Positions 17,172 through 26,109 of a stretch of DNA of 43,253 nt are shown here, piece by piece. Positions within the stretch are counted from its first letter, which is position 1. Each line of letters begins with the position of its first letter. The position numbers and the translations under genes are program-made. Below the pieces are notes generated by a model, which searched no databases, was not told where the DNA came from, and worked only from the letters and a program-made list of their open reading frames with translations. Source of the DNA: a virus; the UHGV virus genome UHGV-0234047, one strand, 5' to 3'.

Positions 17172-17759
17172 TTAAATAGTTACGCCGGCAGCTGAGGCCA
17201 AAGCCTTCGCCTGCGCCGGATTTTCACGAAGCAGTTTTCCCTGCTCAGTGAGGTTAAAACTGTCTTTTGCAAACGGATTCCTGGAAGGAGGTGTCCCTCC
17301 GCCGGCCGGTTTGTAATCGGCCCCTGGTTCAGCCTTGAACAGGTGCGGGGATGACTCTTTCAGCGGCTTTACTACATCATCAATCCCAACCGGGTTCCCT
17401 TCCTTGTCAAATGTGAATTTATCAATTCCGCCCTGTTTATAGATGATGTAATCCGCATCAACCACGCCCGCCTCTTTCAGTTTGTCTTTCAGGGCGTATT
17501 CCTTCCGGGTATTGGCTGCCGTTGCCTCCAGTATTGTTACCTTTTCCTTATACTCCTTGACCTGCTTCTGAAGCTCCTCGTTGTCCGCATTGCTCTTTTT
17601 CAAGGTATCAATCGTGGTATTTGCCTCTTTCAGCTTTCCATTTACCTCGTCAAACCGCTCCTTCGGCACAAACCCCTTAATGGCTTCATTCCAGATATCC
17701 ATTACGGCCTGTGCCTGCTCCTCAGATAATCCTTTTGCTACTAATTCTTCTTTTTTCAT
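17172..17759 (-). CDS. Scaffolding protein
   Basis: 195 aa, highly charged (K/E-rich) with coiled-coil character, between the MuF-like gene and the capsid gene. RBS AAAGGAG. Confidence 0.7.
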   Translation of the reverse strand: MKKEELVAKGLSEEQAQAVMDIWNEAIKGFVPKERFDEVNGKLKEANTTIDTLKKSNADNEELQKQVKEYKEKVTILEATAANTRKEYALKDKLKEAGVVDADYIIYKQGGIDKFTFDKEGNPVGIDDVVKPLKESSPHLFKAEPGADYKPAGGGTPPSRNPFAKDSFNLTEQGKLLRENPAQAKALASAAGVTI

Positions 17760-17880
17760 GTATTTACTCCTTTCGATTCATCTCCACTTGTTATCCCGGT
17801 CGTGTCCGGTGATGTCTCCCTCTTTATCGCCTGGGATACCAGGAAGGCGAAAAAATAACACTCAGGATAGTCCTGTGTGC

Positions 17881-18066
17881 TTATACCTCGGTTATAGTCT
17901 GTATTTCTCTTGCCCTAATAAAAACGGCCTTCCCTTCCGGTGTATTGCATATAGCGAATCCAGGCTCCTCACAAACATCATTAGCCCACACAGCTAAATC
18001 CTCTGGACTTTTTTCAGTCTCAACCGTGATTTCCCTGTTCCCTGACAATCCAATTTTGTATAACAT
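17881..18066 (-). CDS. Hypothetical small protein (61 aa)
   Basis: ORF in the head module; no motif. Confidence 0.3.
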   Translation of the reverse strand: MLYKIGLSGNREITVETEKSPEDLAVWANDVCEEPGFAICNTPEGKAVFIRAREIQTITEV

Positions 18067-18098
18067 AATCTCCCTCCAATCCTACATGCTGTTGTTTA

Positions 18099-18329
18099 TC
18101 AATCTTCTATATACTCACCCAGGCCCACAATGTCCCCCTTCCTGCACGCCAAGCGCAAACCACTCTTGCAGGTTATCACAATATACTCATTTGGCCCCAG
18201 TACTTCATTATCCAGAATCGCCATCATTTCTTCAAAGGAATTATCTACCTGCAAGGCATATCCATTGGACATGAAAATCTCAAGTCTCTTGGCTTCGGAA
18301 TACATTCTTGTTCTATGCCTCCTTTGCAA
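18099..18329 (-). CDS. Hypothetical small protein (76 aa)
   Basis: ORF in the head module; no motif. Confidence 0.3.
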   Translation of the reverse strand: MQRRHRTRMYSEAKRLEIFMSNGYALQVDNSFEEMMAILDNEVLGPNEYIVITCKSGLRLACRKGDIVGLGEYIED

Positions 18330-19329
18330 ATCGCGTTTTCCACTCTTTATATGTCATATCTGCCGGAACATCCACATACTTCCCAGTTCTAGGGTCTCTG
18401 GCCACACGGGTCATGTCGGACGTATCTGTGCCATCATAGTACGGAAAATCTGTACACCGGCAGAAACAATGGAATGGTGGCATGTTCTTCCCTGTGATAG
18501 CCTTTTCCACTTCATACACTTTTCCGTCTAAGTCCCCGCAAATATCGCATGTCTTGCTGTCCAACGTCGCCAATATCTGGTACTTCTCCACGCCATCTGC
18601 CTTGTACCCGGCATGCGTGGCTTCGTTTATCAAGAAAGAACTTTCTGTGTGGAGCAAACGATAGGCGTCAAACTTCTTCGTGTTCATTTTCTTAGCAAAA
18701 TCCGATGCCAACGTTTGAGGATTCTTCCCCTGCACCATCATAGTTGTAAGGGATTCCATCAACTGTGTTTGCAAATATTCCTTCTGTTTCCATATACGCG
18801 CGGAGAAATTAGCGCCATTAAACGGATACTTCAGCAGCTCTTCCACAGCAGCAGGGTCAACTTGCGCGAATGCTGAATGAAAACCCTTGTGCTGGTCGAT
18901 GTTGTACCATGTCCTATAATAGCTGTCGGCATATACTTCCTGCATTGCTTTCTCGCCGCTGGTCTGATAATCAATCGCATACAACTCGCGCAATAAGGCA
19001 TCAATCTGCACTTCCAGTGCCTGATATCGTGTAATCCTAGCCTTGATGGACATGTTGTTGACGGTCTGGTTATATTTCCCAATATTATCCATCGCGAGTG
19101 TTATAAAGTCTTCCAGTTCCCCCAGCTCTTCTTTACTAAGCCTTACTTGCGCTGCTGCATAGGACAGTCCATTTTCTTTCGCGTACCGAAAGTAGAATGA
19201 TTCTATGGCTTTCTGCAACTCGCGCTTTGTCTGGTTAAATGCTTTTTCCAGTTTGGTATAGTACCGGTTGACCTGCATTTCTCCGGCCTTATAGGTCTCA
19301 AGCTGCCGCTTTTCCCAATAATCCATCAT
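18313..19329 (-). CDS. Head morphogenesis protein (Mu F / SPP1 gp7 family)
   Basis: 338 aa, directly after the portal gene. C-terminal CDICGDLDG...FHCFCRC motif as in the MuF/gp7 C-terminal domain. Confidence 0.8.
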   Translation of the reverse strand: MMDYWEKRQLETYKAGEMQVNRYYTKLEKAFNQTKRELQKAIESFYFRYAKENGLSYAAAQVRLSKEELGELEDFITLAMDNIGKYNQTVNNMSIKARITRYQALEVQIDALLRELYAIDYQTSGEKAMQEVYADSYYRTWYNIDQHKGFHSAFAQVDPAAVEELLKYPFNGANFSARIWKQKEYLQTQLMESLTTMMVQGKNPQTLASDFAKKMNTKKFDAYRLLHTESSFLINEATHAGYKADGVEKYQILATLDSKTCDICGDLDGKVYEVEKAITGKNMPPFHCFCRCTDFPYYDGTDTSDMTRVARDPRTGKYVDVPADMTYKEWKTRFAKEA

Positions 19330-20738
19330 TCATCACCGCCCTGTCCTTCGCCATCCAGAGACTTTTGTGGGAACATATCGGATATTTCTTTTTTACCTTC
19401 TTCCTCCTGTTTCTGAAATGCATTCCAGCTTCGCTCAAAATCCTCCACCCACGGATGTTTGCGAACAATATCCTCATCCGCAATCACACCCTTACTCTGG
19501 GACGCTATCTGTGCCTCCTCCAGGTCGTTCTTAACACTGGTCCTGGTCCAAGTCTGGATGACGGTGTCATCCTTGATTGGTATGCCCATTACCCGGCAGG
19601 CGCAACGGATGAACCGGCCAAAGCCTATCTTAAATTCCGTCTCCATAAGCCCCGCCTTGAGTTCCAGCAGGGAATACAAAAAACCCAGGGCCACGCCTGA
19701 ACTGTTCCCAAAGTTCTGAGGGTCCGGGTCAATGCCTTGGCCCTGCTCGAAGATGCACTTCCGGGTCGTGGCTAGTAGCTCCTTGCGGGCCTCCACTGGA
19801 AGTTCAATGGTCAGCGTGGATACACCTGACTTATCTTCTGTTCCTTCACTTTCAATCTGAATTGCCTTGTAGTCCTTAAGCTCCCGCAGGAACTGTCCTA
19901 AATCTTCCCCGCCGTAATTCGTAAGAACAAAAATGACTTCCTGGATATCTTCCAGGTCATTAACAAAACCGCTGAATACCCCGCAATATACATCAATCAG
20001 GGGCTTGATATCGTCCAGGTCGCCTGTTCCCGTGTTATTATTGAAGAATGGAAAAAATGGCACCTCTCCAATGTCGTGAGGAAATTGGTTGACCAGATTG
20101 GACTTGCCATCCGTGTCAATCAGCGTGAAGGAGCGGTATGGCATCAGTCCATCATCCACACTGCTTCCAGCCCGTACTGCATAAGCCTGACACTCCCTGT
20201 CGTTCCAATATTCATATACATCCAGTTCTTCCCCCTCATCATTGATATCATGATAACAGCGGAGCACGCCCTTTAACTCCCTCTCCAGGCTCTTACCCCA
20301 TACCGGTATGACCTCTCCCGGCGGAACCACTGCATACTTATATCCATTTGAGGCCTTATCTTTCCACAAATGTATCCATCCTACCGATGCGTTAGAGGCA
20401 TCCACACATAGGTCTTTGCAGGTCTTTGCGTATTTATCTCCCAGAAACGCGGTAAGGGCCTTATTGGCTGATTTGTCCCCAAGGTCAAACAATGGCGGAG
20501 CCGTAAACATGTAGGATGCCTTTTGGTTGACTAGGAGTCCATGAAAGTTAAACGGAATCCTGTTGTCCGCATTGCGCAGCGGATTCTCTCCTGGGTCCGA
20601 TTCCTTCTTTTTAGCCGGCTTGAAAAGTATATCCGTTTTATTCTTATAATACCGGTTAGCCGTCTCCTGCCGCATCAGGAAATCACCATGTCCCGCCGTG
20701 TACTTCTTAATCAGTTTTTTCATTACTTCCAGTTCCAT
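19326..20738 (-). CDS. Portal protein
   Basis: 470 aa, directly downstream of terL, with an acidic C-terminus. Confidence 0.85.
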   Translation of the reverse strand: MELEVMKKLIKKYTAGHGDFLMRQETANRYYKNKTDILFKPAKKKESDPGENPLRNADNRIPFNFHGLLVNQKASYMFTAPPLFDLGDKSANKALTAFLGDKYAKTCKDLCVDASNASVGWIHLWKDKASNGYKYAVVPPGEVIPVWGKSLERELKGVLRCYHDINDEGEELDVYEYWNDRECQAYAVRAGSSVDDGLMPYRSFTLIDTDGKSNLVNQFPHDIGEVPFFPFFNNNTGTGDLDDIKPLIDVYCGVFSGFVNDLEDIQEVIFVLTNYGGEDLGQFLRELKDYKAIQIESEGTEDKSGVSTLTIELPVEARKELLATTRKCIFEQGQGIDPDPQNFGNSSGVALGFLYSLLELKAGLMETEFKIGFGRFIRCACRVMGIPIKDDTVIQTWTRTSVKNDLEEAQIASQSKGVIADEDIVRKHPWVEDFERSWNAFQKQEEEGKKEISDMFPQKSLDGEGQGGDE

Positions 20739-20748
20739 GTTCTCACCT

Positions 20749-22143
20749 CTATTTCATGACTTTCATACCGCTTCCTTTATTACAATTTTCCGCAACTCCC
20801 GTTGTTGCATCTTGGGCATCATCGTGCCTGTTCTTCCCTTCCCGCTGGTATTTTATCATCGCATCATAGTATTCAGGCCAACGGTTCTTCCAATCCTCCG
20901 GGAAATAAATATGCTCCATTACCCAGGAAGAGTTGGAGTATATCCTGGCCTGTTTATTATGCGTCTGCGTGAACCACTTTATTGTAGTGTAATTGCTGCC
21001 CAGTTCCTGCTCCAGGATGCGGCGCACATTACGCGCAAACCCGCGGCCGCCATTGTTGGATTCTATTCTCGCCACATTTACAGAGCCCGCCAGCAGCATC
21101 TTAGCCGTTACTGGTTCTGTAATCTCCATCGGCTCCTTTGTGTACAACACATCAAGCACATAGGCCTCATTTGCGAATGTAACGCCATAGTTGATGCTGC
21201 ACAGGTAATCTCCACCGGTATCCGCCGTATCAGTATAGTTGCGTATCTCCTTGAACTGAGGCAGTTCCCCGGAATAGGTCTTAAAGCTGGTATACAGCCT
21301 GCCCTTCAGGTCAATCGGCTCCTGCTGGTAGTTGGCTGATGCAATGTCGGCGCCCATAGCCTTAATCTTGGCTTCGTAGGACTTCCTTGACAAGACTTCA
21401 GAGCATAGCATTGTCCCGTCATCCTGCAAGGCCTTCATGGATATATGCCGAATCTTGGCCCCGGCCTCCTTAAAGTGTTCCAGCGCCCGGCCTGCCAGGT
21501 CATCACTTGCCCAGCGGGTCATAATGATGATAATTTTCCCGCCTTCCTCCAGACGCGACAGCATTGTGTCCGTAAACCAGGTCCAGTGTTTCTCCTTAAT
21601 CAGCTCGTTGTTGGCCTCCTCGGCGTTCTTGATGAGGTCATCGATGATGAGCAGCGTGGCACCAAATCCAGTAGCCGTGCCGGTTGGGGATGTAGCAAGG
21701 TAATTGTTGTATCCACCCTCCAGGCTCCAGAGGTTCATGGCGCCGTCACCACGCTTTATGGATACCCCTGGGAAGATATCGGAGAATACAATCCGGTTCT
21801 CATCTGCTTTCTCCTCCTGGATGTCGTTGCGGACGTTCTTTGAGAACATGGTGGACAGTGTCTCGTTGTAGGAGCCGGTCATGATTTTCTGCTTCTGGTC
21901 ATTGCCAAGTACCCACTCAACCAGCAGACCGGCCGTGCGGCTTTTTCCGTGCCTGGGCGGCTCATTTACAACCATTACCTCGTCATCTGACTGGATAAAG
22001 TCCTGGAACTCGCTGCAGAGGTCAACCAGGTACTTCCTGTCCTCTTTGTAGAAATCAGGAGCCTTTAAATGGCAATAAAAAAAGAACTCGCGCCGTGCAA
22101 GCTCTATTTTCGCCCCTCTGATTATGGTCTCTCTATCCACCAT
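20749..22143 (-). CDS. terL: Terminase large subunit
   Basis: Walker A-like VVNEPPRHGKSRTAGL. C-terminal nuclease region with conserved acidic residues. Overlaps terS by 11 nt. Confidence 0.9.
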   Translation of the reverse strand: MVDRETIIRGAKIELARREFFFYCHLKAPDFYKEDRKYLVDLCSEFQDFIQSDDEVMVVNEPPRHGKSRTAGLLVEWVLGNDQKQKIMTGSYNETLSTMFSKNVRNDIQEEKADENRIVFSDIFPGVSIKRGDGAMNLWSLEGGYNNYLATSPTGTATGFGATLLIIDDLIKNAEEANNELIKEKHWTWFTDTMLSRLEEGGKIIIIMTRWASDDLAGRALEHFKEAGAKIRHISMKALQDDGTMLCSEVLSRKSYEAKIKAMGADIASANYQQEPIDLKGRLYTSFKTYSGELPQFKEIRNYTDTADTGGDYLCSINYGVTFANEAYVLDVLYTKEPMEITEPVTAKMLLAGSVNVARIESNNGGRGFARNVRRILEQELGSNYTTIKWFTQTHNKQARIYSNSSWVMEHIYFPEDWKNRWPEYYDAMIKYQREGKNRHDDAQDATTGVAENCNKGSGMKVMK

Positions 22144-22684
22144 GTATCAGCTTCTTCAGTTCTTCGGTTGTCAGGCCGGCGTACGGGTTATTGATACCGA
22201 CCTGGCCAGATAGCTCCAGCTTGTCCTTAAACATACCCAGGTGCCTGCCAAGCATCTCCAGGGCCTTAAGCTTATCGGACAATTTATATTTCTTGATATA
22301 TCCAACAAACTCCTTATCCTCTCCTGCCCCTTCGAAATAATCCACCACTTCCAGCCCTGCAATACAGGCAGCCGTGTCATCATCAAGCATCGATATATCC
22401 ACTGGTTTTCCGCTATCGTCAAACAGCTTCCGGATGTCGAAGAAACCCAATTTCGTCAGTTCCTGCAGCACCCTGTCCTGGGTAATCTCGGTACGCTTCT
22501 CGCGTTCCTTCATACGTTCATCAATATAGGCCACAACGTTAGTATTTGTTAGTAATTTACTTCCATTTACCCTTGCGGACTCATCCTTCCTGACCTTTGG
22601 ATATGCCACCTTGTAGGCCCTGGTGGCATTAAGGTCAATCAGGTATTCATCTGCAAATATCTTCTGTTTTGGCGTTAATGCCAT
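22133..22684 (-). CDS. terS: Terminase small subunit
   Basis: N-terminal MALTPKQKIFADEYL.. is a characteristic TerS start (Terminase_2-like). ATG at 22684 with GGAGGTG 6 nt upstream. The track's longer start is TTG. Confidence 0.85.
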   Translation of the reverse strand: MALTPKQKIFADEYLIDLNATRAYKVAYPKVRKDESARVNGSKLLTNTNVVAYIDERMKEREKRTEITQDRVLQELTKLGFFDIRKLFDDSGKPVDISMLDDDTAACIAGLEVVDYFEGAGEDKEFVGYIKKYKLSDKLKALEMLGRHLGMFKDKLELSGQVGINNPYAGLTTEELKKLIHGG

Positions 22685-22718
22685 CTGGCTCACCTCCAAT
22701 CGTTTTGGTAAAGAAAAA

Positions 22719-22745
22719 GAGCCGCCCGGAGGTGGCCCCTAATCA
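22719..22745 (-). terminator. Probable rho-independent terminator of the membrane-protein moron
   Basis: GCCGCC-cgga-GGTGGC stem (one G.U pair) followed on the minus strand by tcTTTTTcTTT, between the moron stop and terS. Confidence 0.45.
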
Positions 22746-22764
22746 TCGCCTTTTATATGATAAA

Positions 22765-23395
22765 TTATGGCTTTTCTTCCTCATCTATCATTTCAAGAAC
22801 TCTTGTCACAGCATATATATTGAACAGTTGAAAAATTGTAGAAACGAAACTAACTGTCCTCCACAGTATTATTCCAATAAAAATAAAATAAACCGCAATT
22901 AAACTTACTGCAATCACATTATTTACTATCATGTTTAAAAATAATGTAAAACTGTCAGGCAAACAAAACATCACTATTTTCATAATCAATGTTACAATTA
23001 TCGCAATAACATACAATAGCATTAAATATACAAAATTCTCATTGATATCTTGTAATCTACTCTTTTCTCCTCCGTCACATACTTTTGTGTCTTTTAGAAG
23101 TTGAAGTAACATCTGTTTATTCATAAAGGCTTGTAGCAAGGAATATCCAGTGAAAATCACTCCGAAAAGTGCTAGTGAAACATTTAAAATAGCATCTATA
23201 CTTTCTCTGAAAATAGTGACTGTTTCTTTATGAATTCCGACTATGGAACCGAGGATACAACATATAACTACTAATATCCATCGTGATTTCCTATTCTTCT
23301 TTTCAACTTTAAGAGCTTTGATTGCTTTAAAAAGTAACTTTTCAGAAGGTTCAGATTGAAGTAATTGTTCAATATTATCAAGATTTAAATTATCC
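22765..23395 (-). CDS. Multi-pass membrane protein of unknown function (AT-rich moron; about 210 aa, 4-5 TM)
   Basis: Strong RBS GGGAGGGGG, ATG at 23395 (MDNLNL..). Local GC content is clearly lower than in the flanking late genes. Own promoter and terminator. Confidence 0.65.
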
Positions 23396-23461
23396 ATAAT
23401 CATCCCCCTCCCAATTCCACAAATCTTACAAAAACACATCCACATCTTCTCTTCGTAACCA

Positions 23462-23490
23462 CAGTATAGAACAAATGTTCGATTCTGTCA
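23462..23490 (-). promoter_or_regulatory. Consensus sigma70-type promoter for the moron (TTGACA-17-TATACT on the minus strand)
   Basis: rc of 23485-23490 is TTGACA and rc of 23462-23467 is TATACT, with a 17-nt spacer. Confidence 0.5.
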
Positions 23491-23755
23491 AATTAGAATA
23501 TTTAATGAGTATAAGCTACTCATAATAAAAGGACACCCTATCTCTAGGATGCCCTAATCGTATCTGGAAAACATCATGGGGGATAAAACCAGATACCTCA
23601 CCGCTTGCATACCCTGCGGCATTGTCCCGTAATGTACGGGTCTGTCTTATGAGGGATTACACAATACCGGTTAGTCAGCCGCCAGGGTGTGACACCTGGC
23701 GGCCGTTATTTGTGAGGAGGATGCTTCCGCCCTCTGGCTTCCGCATGATAACATA

Positions 23756-24241
23756 TTAGCACTTTTCTTCGGGACATTGGGGGACATTTTCAAAAAATCT
23801 TAAATTTCGTTTCTTACAGCTATCTTCCGTAAACTTCACCCGCCTCTTCGGAAACATCCGGTTCATGGCCTGTGCCACCTTCCACCAAGGCAGGCCATCT
23901 ATGTAATACAGACGGAACATGGTCCGCACCTCGCTCTTTGGTATGCCCTGTATATATTCCTCCGCCTGGCAGGTCAGCTCCAGCAGTTCCGCCTCCTTAC
24001 GCGCCAGAAGCTGCCTGTACCGCTCCCTCAGCCGCTGCTTCCGGTAATGCTCCGGCACGGGGTATCCCGTGACCTTAATGCTTCCTATCGTCCCATCCCG
24101 CCTTGTACCCTTCACCGTATCTGATACCTGGTGCGGCTCCTCCAGGAACCTGTCCAGCTTCTGAATCCGTCGCCTTATGTCCTTTATCTCCTCTTTCATC
24201 TCGCAATACTGTATCAGCACCTCCTTGTCCATCGGCATCAC
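23756..24241 (-). CDS. ArpU/RinA-family late transcriptional activator (sigma-region-4-like)
   Basis: 161 aa, immediately upstream of the terS/packaging region. ..FRLYYIDGLPWWKVAQAMN.. resembles the region-4 HTH of ArpU/RinA-type regulators. Confidence 0.5.
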   Translation of the reverse strand: MMPMDKEVLIQYCEMKEEIKDIRRRIQKLDRFLEEPHQVSDTVKGTRRDGTIGSIKVTGYPVPEHYRKQRLRERYRQLLARKEAELLELTCQAEEYIQGIPKSEVRTMFRLYYIDGLPWWKVAQAMNRMFPKRRVKFTEDSCKKRNLRFFENVPQCPEEKC

Positions 24242-24537
24242 CTCCTCTTCCGCTTATCCCTAGATACCACAATCGGTATCCTGCCCAAATCGTGCCCGCA
24301 TCCCTTCAATACTTGCGTCACCCTGTCCCATTCATCGGCCAGTTCTGGCGCGTTCCCATCCTCCGCCCTGACAAAGGTATATCGCTTTTGGTATAGGATA
24401 CCCACATCACTGTAATGCTCTATCTGCTGCCGGTGCCGGATGCCCAGCATTACCATCAGTTCCGCTGCTCTGTACCGGCCGTCGTATTGGCCACAATCAT
24501 ACAGGTCGTAGTACACAGGTTTTGATGCCACGTACAA
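24238..24537 (-). CDS. Hypothetical protein (99 aa)
   Basis: Its stop overlaps the ArpU-like ATG by 4 nt (ATGA coupling). Confidence 0.4.
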   Translation of the reverse strand: MYVASKPVYYDLYDCGQYDGRYRAAELMVMLGIRHRQQIEHYSDVGILYQKRYTFVRAEDGNAPELADEWDRVTQVLKGCGHDLGRIPIVVSRDKRKRR

Positions 24538-24712
24538 TCACTCCCTTCGGCGGCTCCCGCAGCTCCGGAACCGGGCGCAGGCTGGTGTACATATAGGCCG
24601 GCGCCGTCCGGATGCGCTCCTTGATGGCCTCGTCGGCCTGGGCGGCCAGGGCCTTGCTGCGGTCGATGCGGCTGACCTTGGACTGCTTACTGCCTTTCTT
24701 TATCATAAACAT
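24500..24712 (-). CDS. Hypothetical basic protein in a GC-rich island (70 aa; MIKKGSKQSKVSRIDRSKALAAQADEAIKERIRTAPAY..)
   Basis: ATG at 24712 preceded by GGAGGA. The frame was chosen by hand and the gene model is uncertain: the track's 107-aa ORF looks like a chimera of this ORF and the zinc-ribbon ORF. Confidence 0.25.
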
Positions 24713-24836
24713 CCTCCACCCATTCCAGTGGTTCTCCACAATCTTGACAATAGTCTTGCCCCATCTCAACCTTGCCGGCACAGTTAGGACACTCATACAT
24801 AATGCCATGTTCCATTTCAAGCTTTATTTTAGCCAT
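24687..24836 (-). CDS. Zinc-ribbon small protein (49 aa; MAKIKLEMEHGIMYECPNCAGKVEMGQDYCQDCGEPLEWVEDVYDKERQ)
   Basis: CxxC..17..CxxC motif; translated by hand. Confidence 0.4.
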   Translation of the reverse strand: MAKIKLEMEHGIMYECPNCAGKVEMGQDYCQDCGEPLEWVEDVYDKERQ

Positions 24837-24866
24837 CCTTCTTGTCCTTTCAAAATCACACAAATG

Positions 24867-25034
24867 TCAGTTTTCCTTATTTTTGTGTGGAAATTTTACC
24901 TTATACGGACATCCCTGTATCCCGTCTCTTTGGCAGTCGATTTCTTTCTTTGATATAACCTCCGACTGTAAAACGCAAGACGTACAAGTCTTATTTTTAA
25001 AACAATTATTGCAGTCACATATTTTTGTACACAT
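24867..25034 (-). CDS. Cys-rich small protein (55 aa, 9 Cys; MCTKICDCNNCFKNKTCTSCVLQSEVISKKEIDCQRDGIQGCPYKVKFPHKNKEN)
   Basis: RBS GAGGTG 6 nt upstream of the ATG. Not in the ORF track (under 60 aa). Confidence 0.45.
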   Translation of the reverse strand: MCTKICDCNNCFKNKTCTSCVLQSEVISKKEIDCQRDGIQGCPYKVKFPHKNKEN

Positions 25035-25240
25035 CTGTTTCACCTCACAAATCCTAATCTACTGCCCTGTAGATAAAGGGCAAATACAAAAGTCCCATAA
25101 TGTCGTCAACTACCCTCGGCTGTATCTGGTGGTATATTAATAGCTCCAAACCTTGCCATACTAAAGCAAGCACTATGTACCACCAGCATGTTTTTAATAT
25201 CTTATCCACTGCCAGTTCCTCCGTTTAGTAAATATTAATT

Positions 25241-25405
25241 TTATCTGCTACTATCCTGCTCGCGGAAACTGTTGCAGAAAAATACTTCATGGATTCTTTC
25301 GTGCGTGATCGTCTCGCACTCACGGCAGTTATACCGTTCGCAGTTTATAACTGCACAATCTCTACATAGACACATATCCTCTGTTTGTTTACTGCACTTT
25401 GCCAT
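25241..25405 (-). CDS. Cys-rich small protein (54 aa, 9 Cys; MAKCSKQTEDMCLCRDCAVINCERYNCRECETITHERIHEVFFCNSFREQDSSR)
   Basis: Strong RBS AAGGAGAAAGGA. Not in the ORF track. Confidence 0.5.
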   Translation of the reverse strand: MAKCSKQTEDMCLCRDCAVINCERYNCRECETITHERIHEVFFCNSFREQDSSR

Positions 25406-25423
25406 TCCTTTCTCCTTAAAACC

Positions 25424-25888
25424 TTAATTTTCCAACATCGGCAGCATTGCTGGCATCTGCCCCGTCTGGTATGCCATCTCAATCTGCGGTGCAATCCATT
25501 CTCCAGCCGTCCGTCCATCTGGCAATACAATATCGTACAAAAACTCCCGCTCCACCGTGCTGATACCAGCCTCCACCGCCTCCAGCTTAGCCTTGACAAT
25601 TAAATACAGTGCCCTCCAACGGCTTCGGCAGGCTTGCTCCCATGCAGTATGCGCCGCATCATCCGCCCGGCGTTGCCCTCGGCCCGGAGTATACCAAAAT
25701 TCTTTCGCTGACTTGTCTGGGAGAGGAAGCAGAAATCGAATCTGCCGCCCGGACATTGTAAATCCGATAACCGCCATATTAGCTTTGTATCCGCTCACAA
25801 ACTGTTCTGCTCCGTGTGTTTGAACAAGCTCTTCTATATTTGCCTTCGTCCGTGCCACGGATACCGTAGTTTTTTCAGCATATGCCAT
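25424..25888 (-). CDS. Hypothetical phage protein (154 aa)
   Basis: ORF with a basic, Trp-containing C-terminal half; no motif. Confidence 0.55.
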   Translation of the reverse strand: MAYAEKTTVSVARTKANIEELVQTHGAEQFVSGYKANMAVIGFTMSGRQIRFLLPLPDKSAKEFWYTPGRGQRRADDAAHTAWEQACRSRWRALYLIVKAKLEAVEAGISTVEREFLYDIVLPDGRTAGEWIAPQIEMAYQTGQMPAMLPMLEN

Positions 25889-25923
25889 CTTGTACCTCCT
25901 TCTCTATCAAATGTTAATTTAAA

Positions 25924-26109
25924 TCATTTCATGATAAATCCATCTTCTGTTACGATTTCTTCGCAATTTGCCTTGCACACTGTGCAATCTGAATGATATG
26001 AACAGTCCATAACACAAGGTTTCCCTTGCGGTCCTTCTATTGTGCACTCTCCGTTCTTATTAAGTTCTTGGCATACAAAATTGCCGCATCTGATTCCTGC
26101 ATTTTTCAT
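25924..26109 (-). CDS. Cys-rich small protein (61 aa, 9 Cys)
   Basis: MKNAGIRCGNFVCQELNKNGECTIEGPQGKPCVMDCSYHSDCTVCKANCEEIV.. Its stop overlaps the MTase start region. Confidence 0.5.
   Translation of the reverse strand: MKNAGIRCGNFVCQELNKNGECTIEGPQGKPCVMDCSYHSDCTVCKANCEEIVTEDGFIMK

Noticed and set aside
23485-23500. GTTCGATTC resembling a tRNA T-loop
   Set aside because: No complementary T-stem, acceptor stem or anticodon arm could be built around it. It is part of the moron promoter spacer.
23680-23715. 9-bp-stem hairpin as terminator of the ArpU-like gene
   Set aside because: On the coding (minus) strand it is not followed by a U-run; only the opposite strand has one, and no plus-strand gene precedes it. 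Kept as an unexplained structured element instead.
24497-24820. Track ORF of 107 aa
   Set aside because: Its N-terminus reads through a 49-aa zinc-ribbon ORF in another frame and its C-terminus overlaps the next gene. Replaced by separate small-ORF calls, which themselves have low confidence.
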